From a virus (lineage: Duplodnaviria; Heunggongvirae; Uroviricota; Caudoviricetes): 60,844 bases of DNA. Shown one piece after another: positions 1 to 12,478 of the stretch; position 1 is the first letter of the stretch; each line of letters begins with the position of its first letter. The notes beneath the pieces were generated by a model. It saw nothing but the letters and a program-made list of their open reading frames with translations. It was not told where the DNA came from and made no database searches. Made by a program: the position numbers and the translations under genes. The stretch lies in the IMG/VR virus record IMGVR_UViG_3300048496_000015. The stretch is one strand, 5' to 3'.

Positions 1-2000
1 CTGCACTCACACGAACAGAGAGGTCATCCGACTGGATCCTCACGTCAACGATCTCGCAGTACAAATAATCCTTGGTGCTGATCGAGACCCAGCTACCGTG
101 ATCGAGATGGAGTGTCCTGACTTCACGAGCCATATCAAGACGGATTTCTGGCACCCAGTTACGACCTTCGTGCGAGACCACGATAAGAAGAGGTTTCCCA
201 ACAATAAGCTTGGTGATGGATCTTGCCCACCATTCGGCTTCCGGCTGAGTCATGTATTTCTTTGACATCATACACAGAGCCTCCACTGCTGGAAAACGAT
301 GGTAAAGAAGTCGTGTTGAACGATTTCTGCCTCTCCCCAGAGCTTCTGACCACAACAGTCTCGTCCATCGAAGTCGCAGCGACACTGTCTGGGTCGAGGA
401 GCAAACTCATCCATGAGCTTCACTAGACTCTCATGAGAGCCGTCGATGGGAGGGACAATCCTGAATTCCATTCCGGATTCCCCGTCTTCGGAACGAACAG
501 AAATAGTCTCTCCGTAAGAATGATCGGAACCTTCCTGGATTCCTTCTCGCCGGGCATCTTGGTTGACTGCGTCAATCACGCTTTGGAAGCCGGTGAATGT
601 GGACGATTTTTGGTCCCGGATCAAAAAAGCATCACCGTGCTCGGGATGGGCCTCCTCGAGGGTGATGATCTCACCGAGGGGGATTCCGTGACACGTTGTG
701 TCGTTGGTGACACGAACCTTATCTCCGGCTTGGAATGCGCCCTGCTTAGCGCCCAGATGCTCGATCTCGCAATCTCGTATGAATAGACGCACAGTTCACT
801 CCTTATGGTTGAGGTCTCGTGAAACCAAAATTTCTTCGATCTCCGTCTTGATTCGAGCCAAGAGATTTGGAAGTTTGTCCGTCTGCTTACTCTCGATTAG
901 AGCATCAGAGATATCGAAGAGACCGATGATCGACTCGCAAGCACCTGTGCACCAAGAGGTCACATCCGGCCTTATTGAGGGACCGTCATGTACACCTTCT
1001 CTGTTATGTGTGATCACAGGTCGCTTACAATAAGGGCACTCGTAAGTCATTAGTTGTAACAAAGTGTGATGAAACGAAATGGACCCATCGACACTAACAT
1101 GCCCTCAAACGAGTTGGGAATTCTGGGAGAACCGAAGTAAAGACGCGTCTTCGACGTGAAGCAATACTTGACGTTGTTCATTTCCGCTTCCCTTCGACAA
1201 CGAGGGAGAGCTTGTCCACAAATATGTTCATCAGAACCGGTGAAGCCCAACCTGGACTCCCTCGAGAAGCTCCTCGGACCAGAGCTCGGTATGGTTTTCA
1301 TGCTCGATCTTGGTCTCAGGGAGAGCGAGCAATGCCTTGGCAAGCTCATGGGTCGTGAGCGTCGGTTGGCTGAGAATCGCCTCCGCTTCGCTTTCAGTCA
1401 TTTTGACAGTCACCTAGTTTCTCCTTCCTGGCCAGCCTCTGAGAATGACAGCCAATGCAAAAAAGACTCCAATAACGGAGCCCGCAACGGCAATTCCTTC
1501 ACCTATCGTCATTCCTTGATTCCTTTGATCTTGTACTCCCACCGACCATTAAACCATGTGGAAGGTTTTGCGAAATACCACTTGTTGCTGACCCAACGAC
1601 GTGCGGTCGTTTGGGTTCTACTTGAGCCGCATTCCGGACAGAGGAACATGTGTCCCCAGAACGCGCCACCGCCATGTTTGCAATCCTCGCAGTATTTGGC
1701 GGTCTCCCACGCTCCGGTATAATCGGGCTTGGCAGTCATCCAAGCTGGGATGACCTCAGGATCCGGAGGTCTGCGTGTGGTACAAAGGAGATGTTTTTCC
1801 TCACCCAGAATAGCTGCGATTGCGGCCTCGAGTGCCACCTCTTCCACGTCCTTGATCGTCATGTGCGGGAGAAGCACGTCGTTGCTTCCCCACGTGACTT
1901 GACTCCCGTTGCGTCGTTTCCACTGAACCCAGTTACGGGTTGCACCGAGCCAATCGCCCCCGTTCTTGAGGCGTTCTCTGATTTCTTCACTGGTCTTCAT

Positions 2001-2441
2001 TTAGCCCCTCCCTAGGCTTGGAATTGCGACGTCTGGGTAGACGCCTGGATTCTCGAATTTAGCGAGGGCATTGCCCTTCTTGGTCAACCCCCACAACATC
2101 GCTGTAGAAAGACTGGCGGAGATTGCATACTTGTGCATCTGCTGGTGGCAGGTCCGGTGGCAGATTGCAAGATTCCGCACCGCGTTGTTGTTCCGGTCTT
2201 CATCCATGTGATGAAGAGTGATCCTGTCATCCACAGGATTGACGTCGTGGACTAGAATCTTCTTGGTGCACCAGTAACAACGAGGTTTGGAACTGCTGAT
2301 GAGTTCTCGGACCTTGACTGTCAGCTCAAGAACTTGCTGAGCACCAGCCGTCTGATTAGAGAGCTTGTTTGTCGCCCCGTACTTCAACTCAAACCAGCGA
2401 GCGAACTCCTTCAGCCGTCTACAGCGTGCTTGGAAGGTCAT
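2001..2441 (-). CDS. HNH endonuclease family protein
   Basis: CYWC zinc knuckle then 'TLHHMDEDRNNNAVRNLAICHRTCHQQMH' (HH..D....N...NL...C..CH). Confidence 0.8.
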   Translation of the reverse strand: MTFQARCRRLKEFARWFELKYGATNKLSNQTAGAQQVLELTVKVRELISSSKPRCYWCTKKILVHDVNPVDDRITLHHMDEDRNNNAVRNLAICHRTCHQQMHKYAISASLSTAMLWGLTKKGNALAKFENPGVYPDVAIPSLGRG

Positions 2442-4215
2442 GCAGCTCCTTGTTGGTAATCTTGATCATGCGCTTCCGTTCTGGCGACAGGTCATCTTTG
2501 TAGCAGGTTACATATGACGCTCTGCCATCTTGGAACCCGACCTTGCCACCAAAACCCAGCCCGCCTTGAAAACGCCATTCGCGGGTTGATTCAACATCGG
2601 CGGTCGCAAGGAAGTTCTCCCGCAGAGGCTCGTGGGCCCCCGCATGCTCCACCAAGATGTCCCAAACCTTGTCGAGGTAACTCTTGCTCTGACTCATCCG
2701 AGTATCCTCTCACAGAAATTCCAGACAGAAGATATCCACCAGCCGAGTGCCCAAATGACAACTAGTAAGACTGTAAATGCCACCGGCATCACGGTCGCTA
2801 TGCCGATGATCTTGAGTGCCTTCATGCGAACCTCTCCACAAGAAGATCACGGAAATCCTTGTACTTGAGTCCTTGATTCATCTGCTCGCGCACGGCGGGG
2901 ACGAAGGTCTCCTTAAAGAACTCTTCTCCCATCCGGCCAACAACATCACCCATGAAGTGTTTGGCCGTCTGTGGTTTGCCTCCCAGCTCGCGAACCTTGT
3001 GGACACGGCGTTCTCCGTGTCCATAACCTCGACCGCCCATCCGAGCGGCCACAACCTTGGCGAGCCAGATTCCTTCCGCCTGCGCATCGTCCTCACTCAT
3101 CCCGGCATCGAGATTCATGAGGTATTGGTGCGTGGCGAAAACGTCGAAACGACGAATGCTCATCTTCTGCTTCACTTGAACTCCTCTTCGATGAGAGTAG
3201 CTAGACGCTCCGCTTCGGCCCTGCAGGCTTGTGCCGTGTCGTGGTCGCCGATGTCACGCCAAATGATGGCGGTATCAATCAGCTGATCATGACGCTCCTT
3301 GAGTTTTCGGAACCTCCGCCTTTCACGCCATTTCCACCATATGAACATGGCGAAGAAGCCAGCGGTGGCGGCAACAATGCCCGCAATAATGCCTTCGAAC
3401 AACTTACACCCGGTATTCCCGGGCGATCTCCTCGACCGTCTTGCGGTCGATGCCCAGCTTGGTGTGGGGCGCGTAGCGAACGATGAACCGCGCCAGATTC
3501 CTCAGGGGGAGCCTCATCGGGGTTGCGCCCGAGGGGAGCTTGCCGTTCGTGCGGCCGAACCAGAAGGTGGTTGCGGCCCCGGCGTACTCGCTCAGCTGCT
3601 GACCGGGTTTCCATCCCAAGTGACCGAGGAGGACGATCCGCTTCTGACTGTCGGACAGCTGTCCCTTCCTGTGCATCATAAAAGTCTCCATGCTCAACGT
3701 GTGGTACCCTGCGTCACAACCCCAAACTTAATCAGGGCCAATGCGCCGCTGGCTTTCCACGACACCCGCCAAAATAGGCGGGTGTTTCGGCCGGGAACCA
3801 TCCGGCCTCATCAGGTGGGTTAGAGATCGTACTCGATACGAACTGCCGGGTGGCTGACCTTACCACCCTCCTCGACGCGACACTTCTCCTTCCGGACCCC
3901 AATGATCCAGCCGTTGTCGACAACCGGCATGTTGGAGTCGAACTTCTGTAACTCTTTGATCAACTCCCCACAGGTCATCGTGCGCGTCGGAAAACGCTCG
4001 ACAGTCATCTTGGGTTTGTGTCGAACCGTCCTGATTCGTTGCTTCGTGACCTTCACCGCTGCTTCCCTCGACTCCGCGACCTTGCATTCGCCCAATGCGT
4101 TCTGGGTTTGGTGCGAGGAGTCGTCTTGCCGGTCTTCCGGTTAAAGGATCCGCGTCTGCTCATACCGCCTCCAATGACTGGTAGCGCATCGAGCTGATCA
4201 AGTGGGTGTGTCAAC

Positions 4216-4554
4216 TTACCTCCGTTTCAGGGTTTTTGTGAACGCTTCCATGACCTGCGCCTTGGTTCTCTCCTCCTCATTGTTCCAGGCACCGAGATTG
4301 CTGTCAAAGTCCTTCTCGATCACGGGGTTGGCTTTGATCACGGCCTTTTCGGCCTCCACACACCGAGGAGAATTCCAATAAAAGTCCCAGTGATCGCCCT
4401 CGCCCAACTTTTCATTGGGGTGGATTGCACGGAGGATCGCTCCACGAGCGCAAACTGGCCCTCCTTTTTCTTCCTCGAACACATCCTTGATCAGGCCACG
4501 ACGGCGCAAAACGCCAAGTGCCTTTGTGAGGTCTTCTCTTACTTGTTTCTTCAT
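4216..4554 (-). CDS. Phage hypothetical protein, DUF6197-like
   Basis: 'VCARGAI' and 'AWNNEEERTKAQVMEAF' resemble the C..GA / WND...RT..EV pattern I recall for this family. Confidence 0.45.
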   Translation of the reverse strand: MKKQVREDLTKALGVLRRRGLIKDVFEEEKGGPVCARGAILRAIHPNEKLGEGDHWDFYWNSPRCVEAEKAVIKANPVIEKDFDSNLGAWNNEEERTKAQVMEAFTKTLKRR

Positions 4555-5204
4555 GGCTATCTCTTGTCGAACCCGATCTGGGGAACGTGCGCGGCCAAAT
4601 CCGCGAGAGTTGGGATCTCATCGACCTTCCGCTGAAGGTCCGGGGAGAGCTGGGAGTTATAAAGGTCGCGAACTCGGTTGTTCGTCTCGTCCGAGAGATG
4701 AGCGCGCATGTCCGCTGCCTTCTTGGTGATCTCGGCCGACCTGATCGCAACCTTGTCCCGAACTTGCGTCTGAAGTTCCCGCCAGGCATTCCCCGCGTCG
4801 TTCATTTCCTTCTCAAGCTTGGCCAGCTTCTTGTAGAGCTCCTGCTTGAGGGAGGATTCCTTCTCGCGATAAGCCTGATTGGCTTTGTTCATCTTGTCGC
4901 GAGCCTTGTCGAAGTTGAGCTCCTTGGAGACCTTGCCCTCGAGCTCCTTCATCGCGGCGCGCTCGTACTCATCGATCTGCGTCCGCGTGGCTCCCATCCG
5001 GGACCGAATCATCGATTCGGCCAACTTCAATTCCTGCATCTGCTTGCTCTGGCCCATGTCGTATCCTCCATGCCTCAGAAAAGTAAAAGCTTCAAAGTAG
5101 TTAAGACTACTGCCGCAATGCCAAGGTCAATCAAGATGATCTTCCAGTTGTCTCTCTCGCAGGGATCGACGTCATCGAGCTCCCCGTCTTCCATCTCCTT
5201 TCTC

Positions 5205-5807
5205 CTATCGAAGGGTCATTTGATTGAGGGCCGCATCGCCGGTTAGCAACATAGCCAACACGAAAGCGTGGCCCATCTTGCGTTTCGGATCGTTCAGGAC
5301 TTGGGTGAGTGTCTTGTTCATTGCCCCATAGTCGTAACCGTCGAAGTCCCGCAGGACGATCAATGGCTCGGTGTTGTAGGCTTGAACAAGGCGGTTCCAC
5401 CCGTTCGTTTTCTTGACCGCTTCAGCGTAGAGGGGAGCGTAAATCTGCTTCCGGGCGTCGATGTAACCCAGCTTGTTGCCTTCCCACCAGCTGTACTTCG
5501 GTACTGCCCCTCTTCCCATCGGGTAACGGTGAGCGAACTGATCCCCCCAGCCCTTCTCGGCCCAAACCCAGTAAGCCGGGGTTGGGTCGCCGTTCTGGTC
5601 GGCGTGTTGGGCGTAAACCTTGGCGAACTGCCAAGCGTTCTCCATGTTAAGACTGACCTTCCCGTCATAAAGCGGGCAAGGTCCCACATGGAAGGGACTC
5701 AGGTCCCGTTGCCAGTCGCCATTGGCCTTGCTCGTGGTATTGACCACAAGCCCGTTGGTCCCCAGGACCTTCGTGTACATGTTCACAACCCGAATCTGAG
5801 CTGCCAT
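5205..5807 (-). CDS. NADAR-like / DUF6939-like protein (possible ADP-ribose processing)
   Basis: 'LSPF', 'MENAWQFAKVY', 'YIDARKQIYAPLY', 'VLRDFDGYD', 'GHAFVLA' motifs. Confidence 0.5.
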   Translation of the reverse strand: MAAQIRVVNMYTKVLGTNGLVVNTTSKANGDWQRDLSPFHVGPCPLYDGKVSLNMENAWQFAKVYAQHADQNGDPTPAYWVWAEKGWGDQFAHRYPMGRGAVPKYSWWEGNKLGYIDARKQIYAPLYAEAVKKTNGWNRLVQAYNTEPLIVLRDFDGYDYGAMNKTLTQVLNDPKRKMGHAFVLAMLLTGDAALNQMTLR

Positions 5808-8053
5808 TCACACCTCCTCAAAAGAGTTAGCTGACGAAGTAGATCCCAAAGGTCATAACGGCCCAAACAACAACCGCGCCAGTCCAAAAACCAGCGCCAA
5901 ACGACGCTGCGATTTCCTGCTTCACTTTCATTTCTCAACCCTCGTATTCTTCATCTTCTTTTTGAGATCCTCGAGATAGCGAATGTGGTCGATGTACCAG
6001 CCTCCCTCTAAGGAGCCAGGTACCTTAATGGAAAGCTCGATTTGCCGCTCCTTAGCTGCGACGATAGCGTTCTGAACGCAATCCATAATCATCTCAGCAT
6101 CGACATCATCGACCACAAAATCGAAGTGGATCAAAACGACCTCCCAACCTCCTGCTTGAGCTCTTCAAAGCGGCGTTTCATCGCCTCTCGTTTCCCTGAA
6201 GGGACACGATCCCAAGTAGCCCGAACCTGCCAGTCGGTGGCCTGTGTCATTGGGTACATCCTGCGTGGAATGATGCGAAGACTGTCGTAGACTGGATCGA
6301 AAATCGTGAGGTGGTCCTCAGTCGCCTCTGCACAATAAGAGGCTTCATAGGCCCAACTCATGTTCATTTTGGTGAGAACAGGGCCGCCAGGATATTCAGT
6401 TTCTTCATTCACAATGCCCTTGCAGATGACCCAATCACCGGCTTCGATTTCGTCGTCTTTTGGCATTGGGTTTTCCTTTCTTCTGTTCGATTTCGGTGGC
6501 CTTCAGGGCCTCAAAAAGCTTATTGAAGTCCTCGGCTTCCAAGACGAACTTCCAGTGACCGTGCCCCATGAACTGGTCGTACCAGCGAAGAGCCTTCTTA
6601 TTTAGGGTTAAAACGGTCTCAATGGCTTTATTCCTCCTGGAGGATTGGGCCTCCTTAGCATCTCGTTCCGCCCAAAGCTGCTTGAGGTGTTTAGCCACCG
6701 CTCTGTCGGCGGGATCGAGTTTGATCTTCTTCTTCATTTGACCACCGAGAAAAGAGTCCTGTGATGAGTGGGAATGAACGTCCAGTAGGTCGCCCCGAAG
6801 CGCCTGGGGTTGTCGATTGCCTCGCGGGTAAGCTGGACGAACATCTTCTCTTCCCTGTCCTGGTCAAATGCCTCGTGGCGCTTCATCCGACCGATGATCG
6901 CGTCGACCGTCTCATGGAGTGCCTGCTTGATCATGCTCATCTTCTCTCCTCCACTCGAATGTCCAAATGTCTTCCCTTAACGAGGTCGATGGCAACAGTG
7001 GCGCGCTGTTTGGGTTCGTAAAGCGCGTCCCATCCCTCCTGCGTGAACCGGGTCGCAAAACCAGTTGCGTGGAGGAGGTGCTTCATCGCCTTGTAGAGCA
7101 CCTGTGTCTGCTCCTTCCAACAAGCATTGTCGTGCTTGCCGTCGTCGTGAGCGCAGATGTGGCACTTCGGGCCCTTACTCTTGTGGGGTACGTCCAAATA
7201 TCCTTCCCAACGCCAAGCGTCCTTGTGGCCGACATCCTCCTTCTTCAGGACGCCCGTAGAAATCGCATCGCGGCAACCGGGGCAAAGGATCTTCTCCCCA
7301 AATTCCTGCCGTTGTGCGAGAAGACGCTCCGGGGTGTCATCCCAACAAATTCTGCAATGAAAGCATTGAGCTCGTTCCATTAACGCACCACCTCATCTTC
7401 ATCCACTTGATGGGGACGACTCCATTCAACATTCACCATCACACCATCCAGCTCGCCAACCCACCAATGGTTGTGGCTCACCCAATGATCAATATTGTGT
7501 TTGTCTCTCGAGACTGGATGATTCCCCTTGCACTTGATGGGTTCAGACCCAATCTGGAGCTCAGCAGGGCAGATTTCGATTTCTGGTCCTTCGTCCATGT
7601 CACTTAAGCTTTCATGTGGGGACAAACGAGAGTGTTGTATTCGCGAGGGAAGTCCAGCCCGTCTGTCTGCCGTACCCGAGCAGGTCGCTTCGCCTCTTCC
7701 ACCGTCTTCGGATCGAAGCGCACAAAGATGTGTGCAATGCCGTCAGACGAGGAAATGTCGTAAACCAGCCCGTTGTCTCCCTCGCTGGCATGGAGGTGTT
7801 GCTTCTGGCCATCAGACCAATAAAGGTCCTTGACTGCTTGGACGGTGTCGCCAATATGAACTTGCATCTTAATCCTCCTCAACTTGAATTTCTGCGTAAC
7901 CCTTCTCTTTGAGTTCCCGGTTGGGGTAATGAATATCACCACAGACGAGGATTTGAGCGACACTGAGGTCCCGGTTCTGTGCCCCTGTCACGATTACAGG
8001 AAGATCCGGGTCCGCACCGCGAAGAGCATCCAGGATTTCACCGACTGTCATCT

Positions 8054-8416
8054 TCACTCTCCTAGACCAATGATTAGTGCATTGTCCTTGAATGGGACAA
8101 TCTTGTATCGTCCGTAACTGGAAAGCCGGAAGGTCCATTGCCTACCCTTACGACTCTCAAGTTCATATTCATCATTTGCAATAAGTTTAACGTCCCCTGC
8201 TCCGTATCCGTCCTTCAACTCTCCATTGAAGTCCTGATAGCTGAGTGGGTGATCCTCAGTCGGCACCGCCAAGAAGCGCTGTCCCTTCTTGGGGAGCGCG
8301 TGTTTGGGGATCGCCCACGAAGCCATCGCCCGAGAGGGGTCTGCAGGGATCTCAAGGCGAAGATCCCAATGCAGCCCCGCCCTCTTTGCCGCGTGTTCCT
8401 GAATCGTGAATCTCAT
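8054..8416 (-). CDS. Stand-alone LigD 3'-phosphoesterase (PE) domain protein
   Basis: 'RFTIQEHAAKRAGLHWDLRLE...SWAIPK...LAVPTEDHPLSYQDFNG...GYGAGDV' is the LigD_N signature; start reset to ATG at 8416. Confidence 0.9.
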   Translation of the reverse strand: MRFTIQEHAAKRAGLHWDLRLEIPADPSRAMASWAIPKHALPKKGQRFLAVPTEDHPLSYQDFNGELKDGYGAGDVKLIANDEYELESRKGRQWTFRLSSYGRYKIVPFKDNALIIGLGE

Positions 8417-9334
8417 TAGTGTGAGTGGGGAATAAGAGAAGCGATGTACATACCAGCAATCAAACCCAGAGCAAATCCGAAGGCAATCGCCATCCAGAAG
8501 CTCGTCAGAGCCGCTGCTCCGGTCCGTCTTTCGTAGGTGATCTTCACTTGGCTTCCTTCTTCCACCAATAGTCAACCGCGAGGTTGACAACGACCTTGGC
8601 GTTCTGGTCAAGACCCTTCCTATACGAGGAGACGAGCTTCCACGGCCCTTTCTGCTTACACCATTGGCGTCGGTTGGACCGCCAACCAGGAATGGCTTCT
8701 CCGTGAACATCGGCGTAGCTCACTCCATCCGAAGCCACGTAACGGAAGCGCCTTCCACGCCCGACCTGAATCATCAAGACCACAAACGGTCTAGCATGAG
8801 GAAGAGCCAGGTCAACGACCTCATCGTCCTTGATGCCGATGGTCGCAACCGCCTGCGCCAACCAGCCGCCGTCAACGACAAAGCGCTCTCCGTATTGACG
8901 GGTCTTGACCTCGTTCTCCACAAACGACTTAACCTTGAGCTTCATCTGCCCTCCTCTTGATGAACGCCTCGTACTGCGCCAAGAAGTCCTTGAGTTCGCC
9001 AAATTGGAGAGGATCTGTGTCCTCTGGCATGGATACGAGAGCCTCTCGCAGATCGTCGGGCGTGATTCCGTGCTTCATGGCGACAACAAAGAATTCGTCG
9101 CTGCCTTCCTTGACTCCTTCCATGTCAGTGAGGAGTCTGCCCACTGCCTCGAGCCACGGAGGCGGGACTTTCTTCTCTAACTCTTCGTCTTGCATTAGAT
9201 CTCCTTGATCTCCAGGATCCTCACTTGGCCGTGCTTCTCGATCAGGATTCGACGGCAGATCGACGTGTCAAGACATTCGATCAAGGCGAGTTTCTCCTCG
9301 CCCTTCTCGTTCTCGTAGCGAGCCTTAAAGCGTG

Positions 9335-9637
9335 TCATGCCTGCGGCCCTGCTTTCGTCGGGTTTTCACTGAGCGGGTGATGCTCAACTCCATGCAGCGT
9401 GTAGTGGAAGAGGCCCTCTAACTCCTGGGCCTTCTCCTCTGCTGCCTCCATGATCAGTTCGAAGATTTTCAAGGCGTCGGCCTCGGTGTAACCGTAAGGG
9501 ACGTGGACGTGAACCTCTCCGTGGGGTACAACTCTCCCCGGAGGAGGCTTGGGGATGCTCGTCCTCACCTCGTGCGCGTGGGTGGTGGTGGCTGAGAGAG
9601 CGACCGTCCCCGCAATGAACGCCCTCCGTGTAAGCAT
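9335..9637 (-). CDS. Small His-rich protein with twin-arginine (Tat) signal peptide
   Basis: N-terminus MLTRRAFIAGTVALSATTTHA/HE; 'PHGEVHVHVP' and 'HGVEHH'. Confidence 0.6.
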   Translation of the reverse strand: MLTRRAFIAGTVALSATTTHAHEVRTSIPKPPPGRVVPHGEVHVHVPYGYTEADALKIFELIMEAAEEKAQELEGLFHYTLHGVEHHPLSENPTKAGPQA

Positions 9638-10786
9638 GAAATGCTCCTTCCTTATTTGGGGTTGAACAGTCTCGTGATCTGATCGAAGTAATGAACCATC
9701 TGCATGACAAGATCTGCGGCCTCGCCGATCTTGGCTTCGTCGCCCACAGCGAGGAGAGTTTTTTCCTCGACGTTGTAGTAAGCCGCCCCACCGTAACCAG
9801 CGTCGTTCATGAGGCCGACCGTCAGCTTGGACTCATCCAGGTGACGCTCGCCACCTGCCCAGACGGTGGCTCCGATTCGGACCCACACCTTCACCGGTTG
9901 GCCATAGAGGAAGACCCGGCCGTACGGACCGCGTTTCGCGGCATTGCCGTCAATCAGACGGCGGTCGATCTCTTTCGCTAAGCGGTAGTTGATGTTCTTC
10001 TTGTGTTCACCCAGCCGCTGACGACGTTTCGCCTTACGTCTCTCGAGTCGCTGTTGCGCGTACTTCTCTTCCATCCTTTGATGGAATAGAAGGATTCTGT
10101 TCTCCTCCATCAGGCCCCCTTCATCAAGTTCATTACAACAAACAGCTCATCGATGAACTTGTCGTCGTTGAGCTGGTCCCGGTCCTTCAAGCCGAAAAGG
10201 AATTCGGGTTTCTTCATGAAAGACGTCCTGTTGTCCTCGATGTTCCAAGAGTCGCTCACACGGCTCTGGTAAATCGAAATCGTCCGTTTCTCCCTCATGA
10301 AGATGGCTTGGCCACACTCGAAGTGAGCCACGGCCCCGTCACCGTAATCCTTTTCGGCCGGTTCCGAACCCTTCTCCATAATGAAGTCGTGTTCATGGAT
10401 CAGCCGATGGGCCAAACGGGATTCAGCCAGAAAGTTAGCGAATGCCATTCCCCTGAGATTGGTTGCCGTTTTCACAGAACCTCCTTGATTTTCTCGAGGA
10501 TCTTAAGATCCTGATATCCGTGACCAGAATCGAAGACTAGAGCGGGTTTGGGAGCTGAGATGTCTCCGTGGTTGTCACCGAACAGAACAGCGAAGTGGTT
10601 GTCTTCCGGCATTGGAGCAACGCCCAGCTTCTTGATGCTAATCTCTCCCCGACTTAAGGGGGTGCTGGGGAGAATCTTCCAACCAGCCTTCTTGAGCTTG
10701 GCGGCAACCTGCTGTGATGAGAGACCTGTTGTCATGATTGCTGATCCGTAGAATCCACAACCCTGAGAAATGAGTAACGTCTTCAT

Positions 10787-11176
10787 TCACACCTCCTCAC
10801 ATTTTGAACAAAGATCCCAGCCCTCGTTGATAAGAATGCCGCAGATCGCACAAAGCGTTCCCCGCTCGAGCGACCTGCCGTCACGTCCAACCAACATCGT
10901 TCGAACCCCGTCATACTTCTCCTGAACGACCGGAGGAGTGTTGATCTCATCGATGAGAAGCGGGGCAGCCAACTTCCAGTCTCGCTTCAGGACTACAGCA
11001 TGCCTCCAGAAGTAGGGCAGGTCCTTTTCGAACTTGCGCCTGAGGCGCAAACGCACGGCTTCCAAGCCCATCTTGGAAGTCAGGTAGAGATGGGGAATCG
11101 TGTCATATGACACGCCCACCTCATGGAATGCAGTGAGCATTTCTTGCTCACTGTCAGACATGAGCTTGGTCTTCAT
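10787..11176 (-). CDS. Hypothetical protein with DNA-ligase motif I-like segment and C-terminal Zn ribbon
   Basis: 'VQEKYDGVRTML' then CAIC...CSKC. Confidence 0.5.
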   Translation of the reverse strand: MKTKLMSDSEQEMLTAFHEVGVSYDTIPHLYLTSKMGLEAVRLRLRRKFEKDLPYFWRHAVVLKRDWKLAAPLLIDEINTPPVVQEKYDGVRTMLVGRDGRSLERGTLCAICGILINEGWDLCSKCEEV

Positions 11177-12008
11177 TAAATCCCTCCCACAAAGAAGCTT
11201 TTCAAAACCTTCTCGGCGTCAACAGCCACGAGCCTTATCGAACCGAACATCGGTTTCTTGACCAACCACTCGACCAACTCGCCTCTTCGCCACCTCGCGA
11301 TTGGATACTTGCCCGCTCTGTTGGGCATCTCGTGTTCTCCACACACGTCCTTGTAATCGACCCTGCTCCAGACCTCGCCGTTGATGTAATAGGCGAGGCC
11401 GGTAGGGAGGATTACCTCGACGGTGGGAATCACTGAAGGGTCTCCCGGATTCGCCTCCTTGTGGGCCTGGCTCTTGGCGGCTCCCAGGTAATTCAGCTCG
11501 TGGATCCGTGCAACGGGATCCCACTTAGTCGCCTCACCCTCGACCAGCTTCCAGCGCCAGACCAACATGTGAAGGTTGGGAAACAGCCCTCGATCGACCT
11601 CCCTTTGAATCCTGTAGTGAAGGTGGGAGCCGTCGTGGGGCTTAAAGCGTGCATACCGAACATCGTGCAGAAAAATCCGTCGATGCCCTCTTCCTCTGCT
11701 CATTCGACCTCCTCTCAGAGTTGAGTTCCCGCGCCCTCGCCAAGCACACAGACGGGGCGGCACCGCCAGTCCATCACGCGCGCCAAGCGGCCGTCAATCA
11801 CCGGTTAGCTGTGCAATATAACGCTGTATTTCAAAGGTATGCAAATTATCGGCCGAATGATGCGAATTTCTACCGCTATTGCCACAGGGTTCTTCTTCAC
11901 ATATGCGGTTGAGGGAGCCATCAGTTGGTGGTTGTGGGGAGTCCTGGCGGTCCTGACAGCAGCAATATTCACTTTAACTCTCTGGTATGACATACGCAAA
12001 GGTCGAGT

Positions 12009-12107
12009 ATGTCAATAGTTCTAATCTGGCTTCTCTTGATTGGCTTCATTCTGGGACTGACCTGGCTCATGGACTGGTTCATCTTCAGACGTTACAAGAA
12101 GGGTTGA
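12009..12107 (+). CDS. 32-aa single-pass membrane peptide
   Basis: Hand translation MSIVLIWLLLIGFILGLTWLMDWFIFRRYKKG; first gene of the plus-strand micro-operon. Confidence 0.6.
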   Translation: MSIVLIWLLLIGFILGLTWLMDWFIFRRYKKG

Positions 12108-12113
12108 AGCTAA

Positions 12114-12320
12114 GTGATTGAGCGGTCCGCTCAGTTTAGGAGATTGGCCCCGATACTTGCACACGGTCGTGCGCCCACGTACATTGCTTCTGGGGGAGTG
12201 TGGTACATAAAAGTAATAGCAACCAACACTCCTTACCGCAAGATTCCCTTGGCGATTTACGATGAGGAGGGCCGGGAGAGAAGGCGTGCGGCTTGGAATG
12301 CCGCACCTGAATTTTTATGA
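12114..12320 (+). CDS. Hypothetical protein
   Basis: 68-aa ORF; stop overlaps the next ATG (12317). Confidence 0.55.
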   Translation: MIERSAQFRRLAPILAHGRAPTYIASGGVWYIKVIATNTPYRKIPLAIYDEEGRERRRAAWNAAPEFL

Positions 12321-12478
12321 AAGTATCAGTTAAAGGCGAATTTTATCCCGTGATTAAACATACCAACCACAAGTTAGTGTGGAAGAGAATAAAGGGGAAC
12401 TTCCTTATCCGTGCTAGCAGCTCCAGTGAACCCTTCTTCGAGCCTAATCCTCCTCCAACCTACGCGTTAGCAATATGA
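12317..12478 (+). CDS. 53-aa hypothetical protein
   Basis: Hand translation MKVSVKGEFYP...PTYALAI; ATGA overlaps at both ends. Confidence 0.55.
   Translation: MKVSVKGEFYPVIKHTNHKLVWKRIKGNFLIRASSSSEPFFEPNPPPTYALAI

Larger units (their letters stand above)
268..11703 (-). other. Tightly packed minus-strand cluster of about 35 small, mostly hypothetical phage accessory ORFs (e.g. 268-792, 796-1062, 1231-1413, 1509-2000, 2419-2697, 2822-3175, 3172-3402, 3404-3697, 3820-4095, 4557-5057, 5928-6134, 6131-6466, 6435-6737, 6734-6940, 6937-7380, 7380-7625, 7604-7867, 7869-8051, 8544-8945, 8929-9195, 9652-10110, 10110-10475, 10472-10786, 11176-11703)
   Basis: Head-to-tail ORFs with ATGA/TAATG overlaps and GGAGG-type RBS (e.g. 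gaggagg upstream of 7867 and 11703); typical early/accessory phage organisation. Confidence 0.8.

Noticed and set aside
4587-5834. Plus-strand ORFs 4587-5246, 5268-5834 and many similar ones in 1-11 kb and 14578-15210
   Set aside because: They overlap coupled minus-strand genes; a typical artefact of GC3 bias
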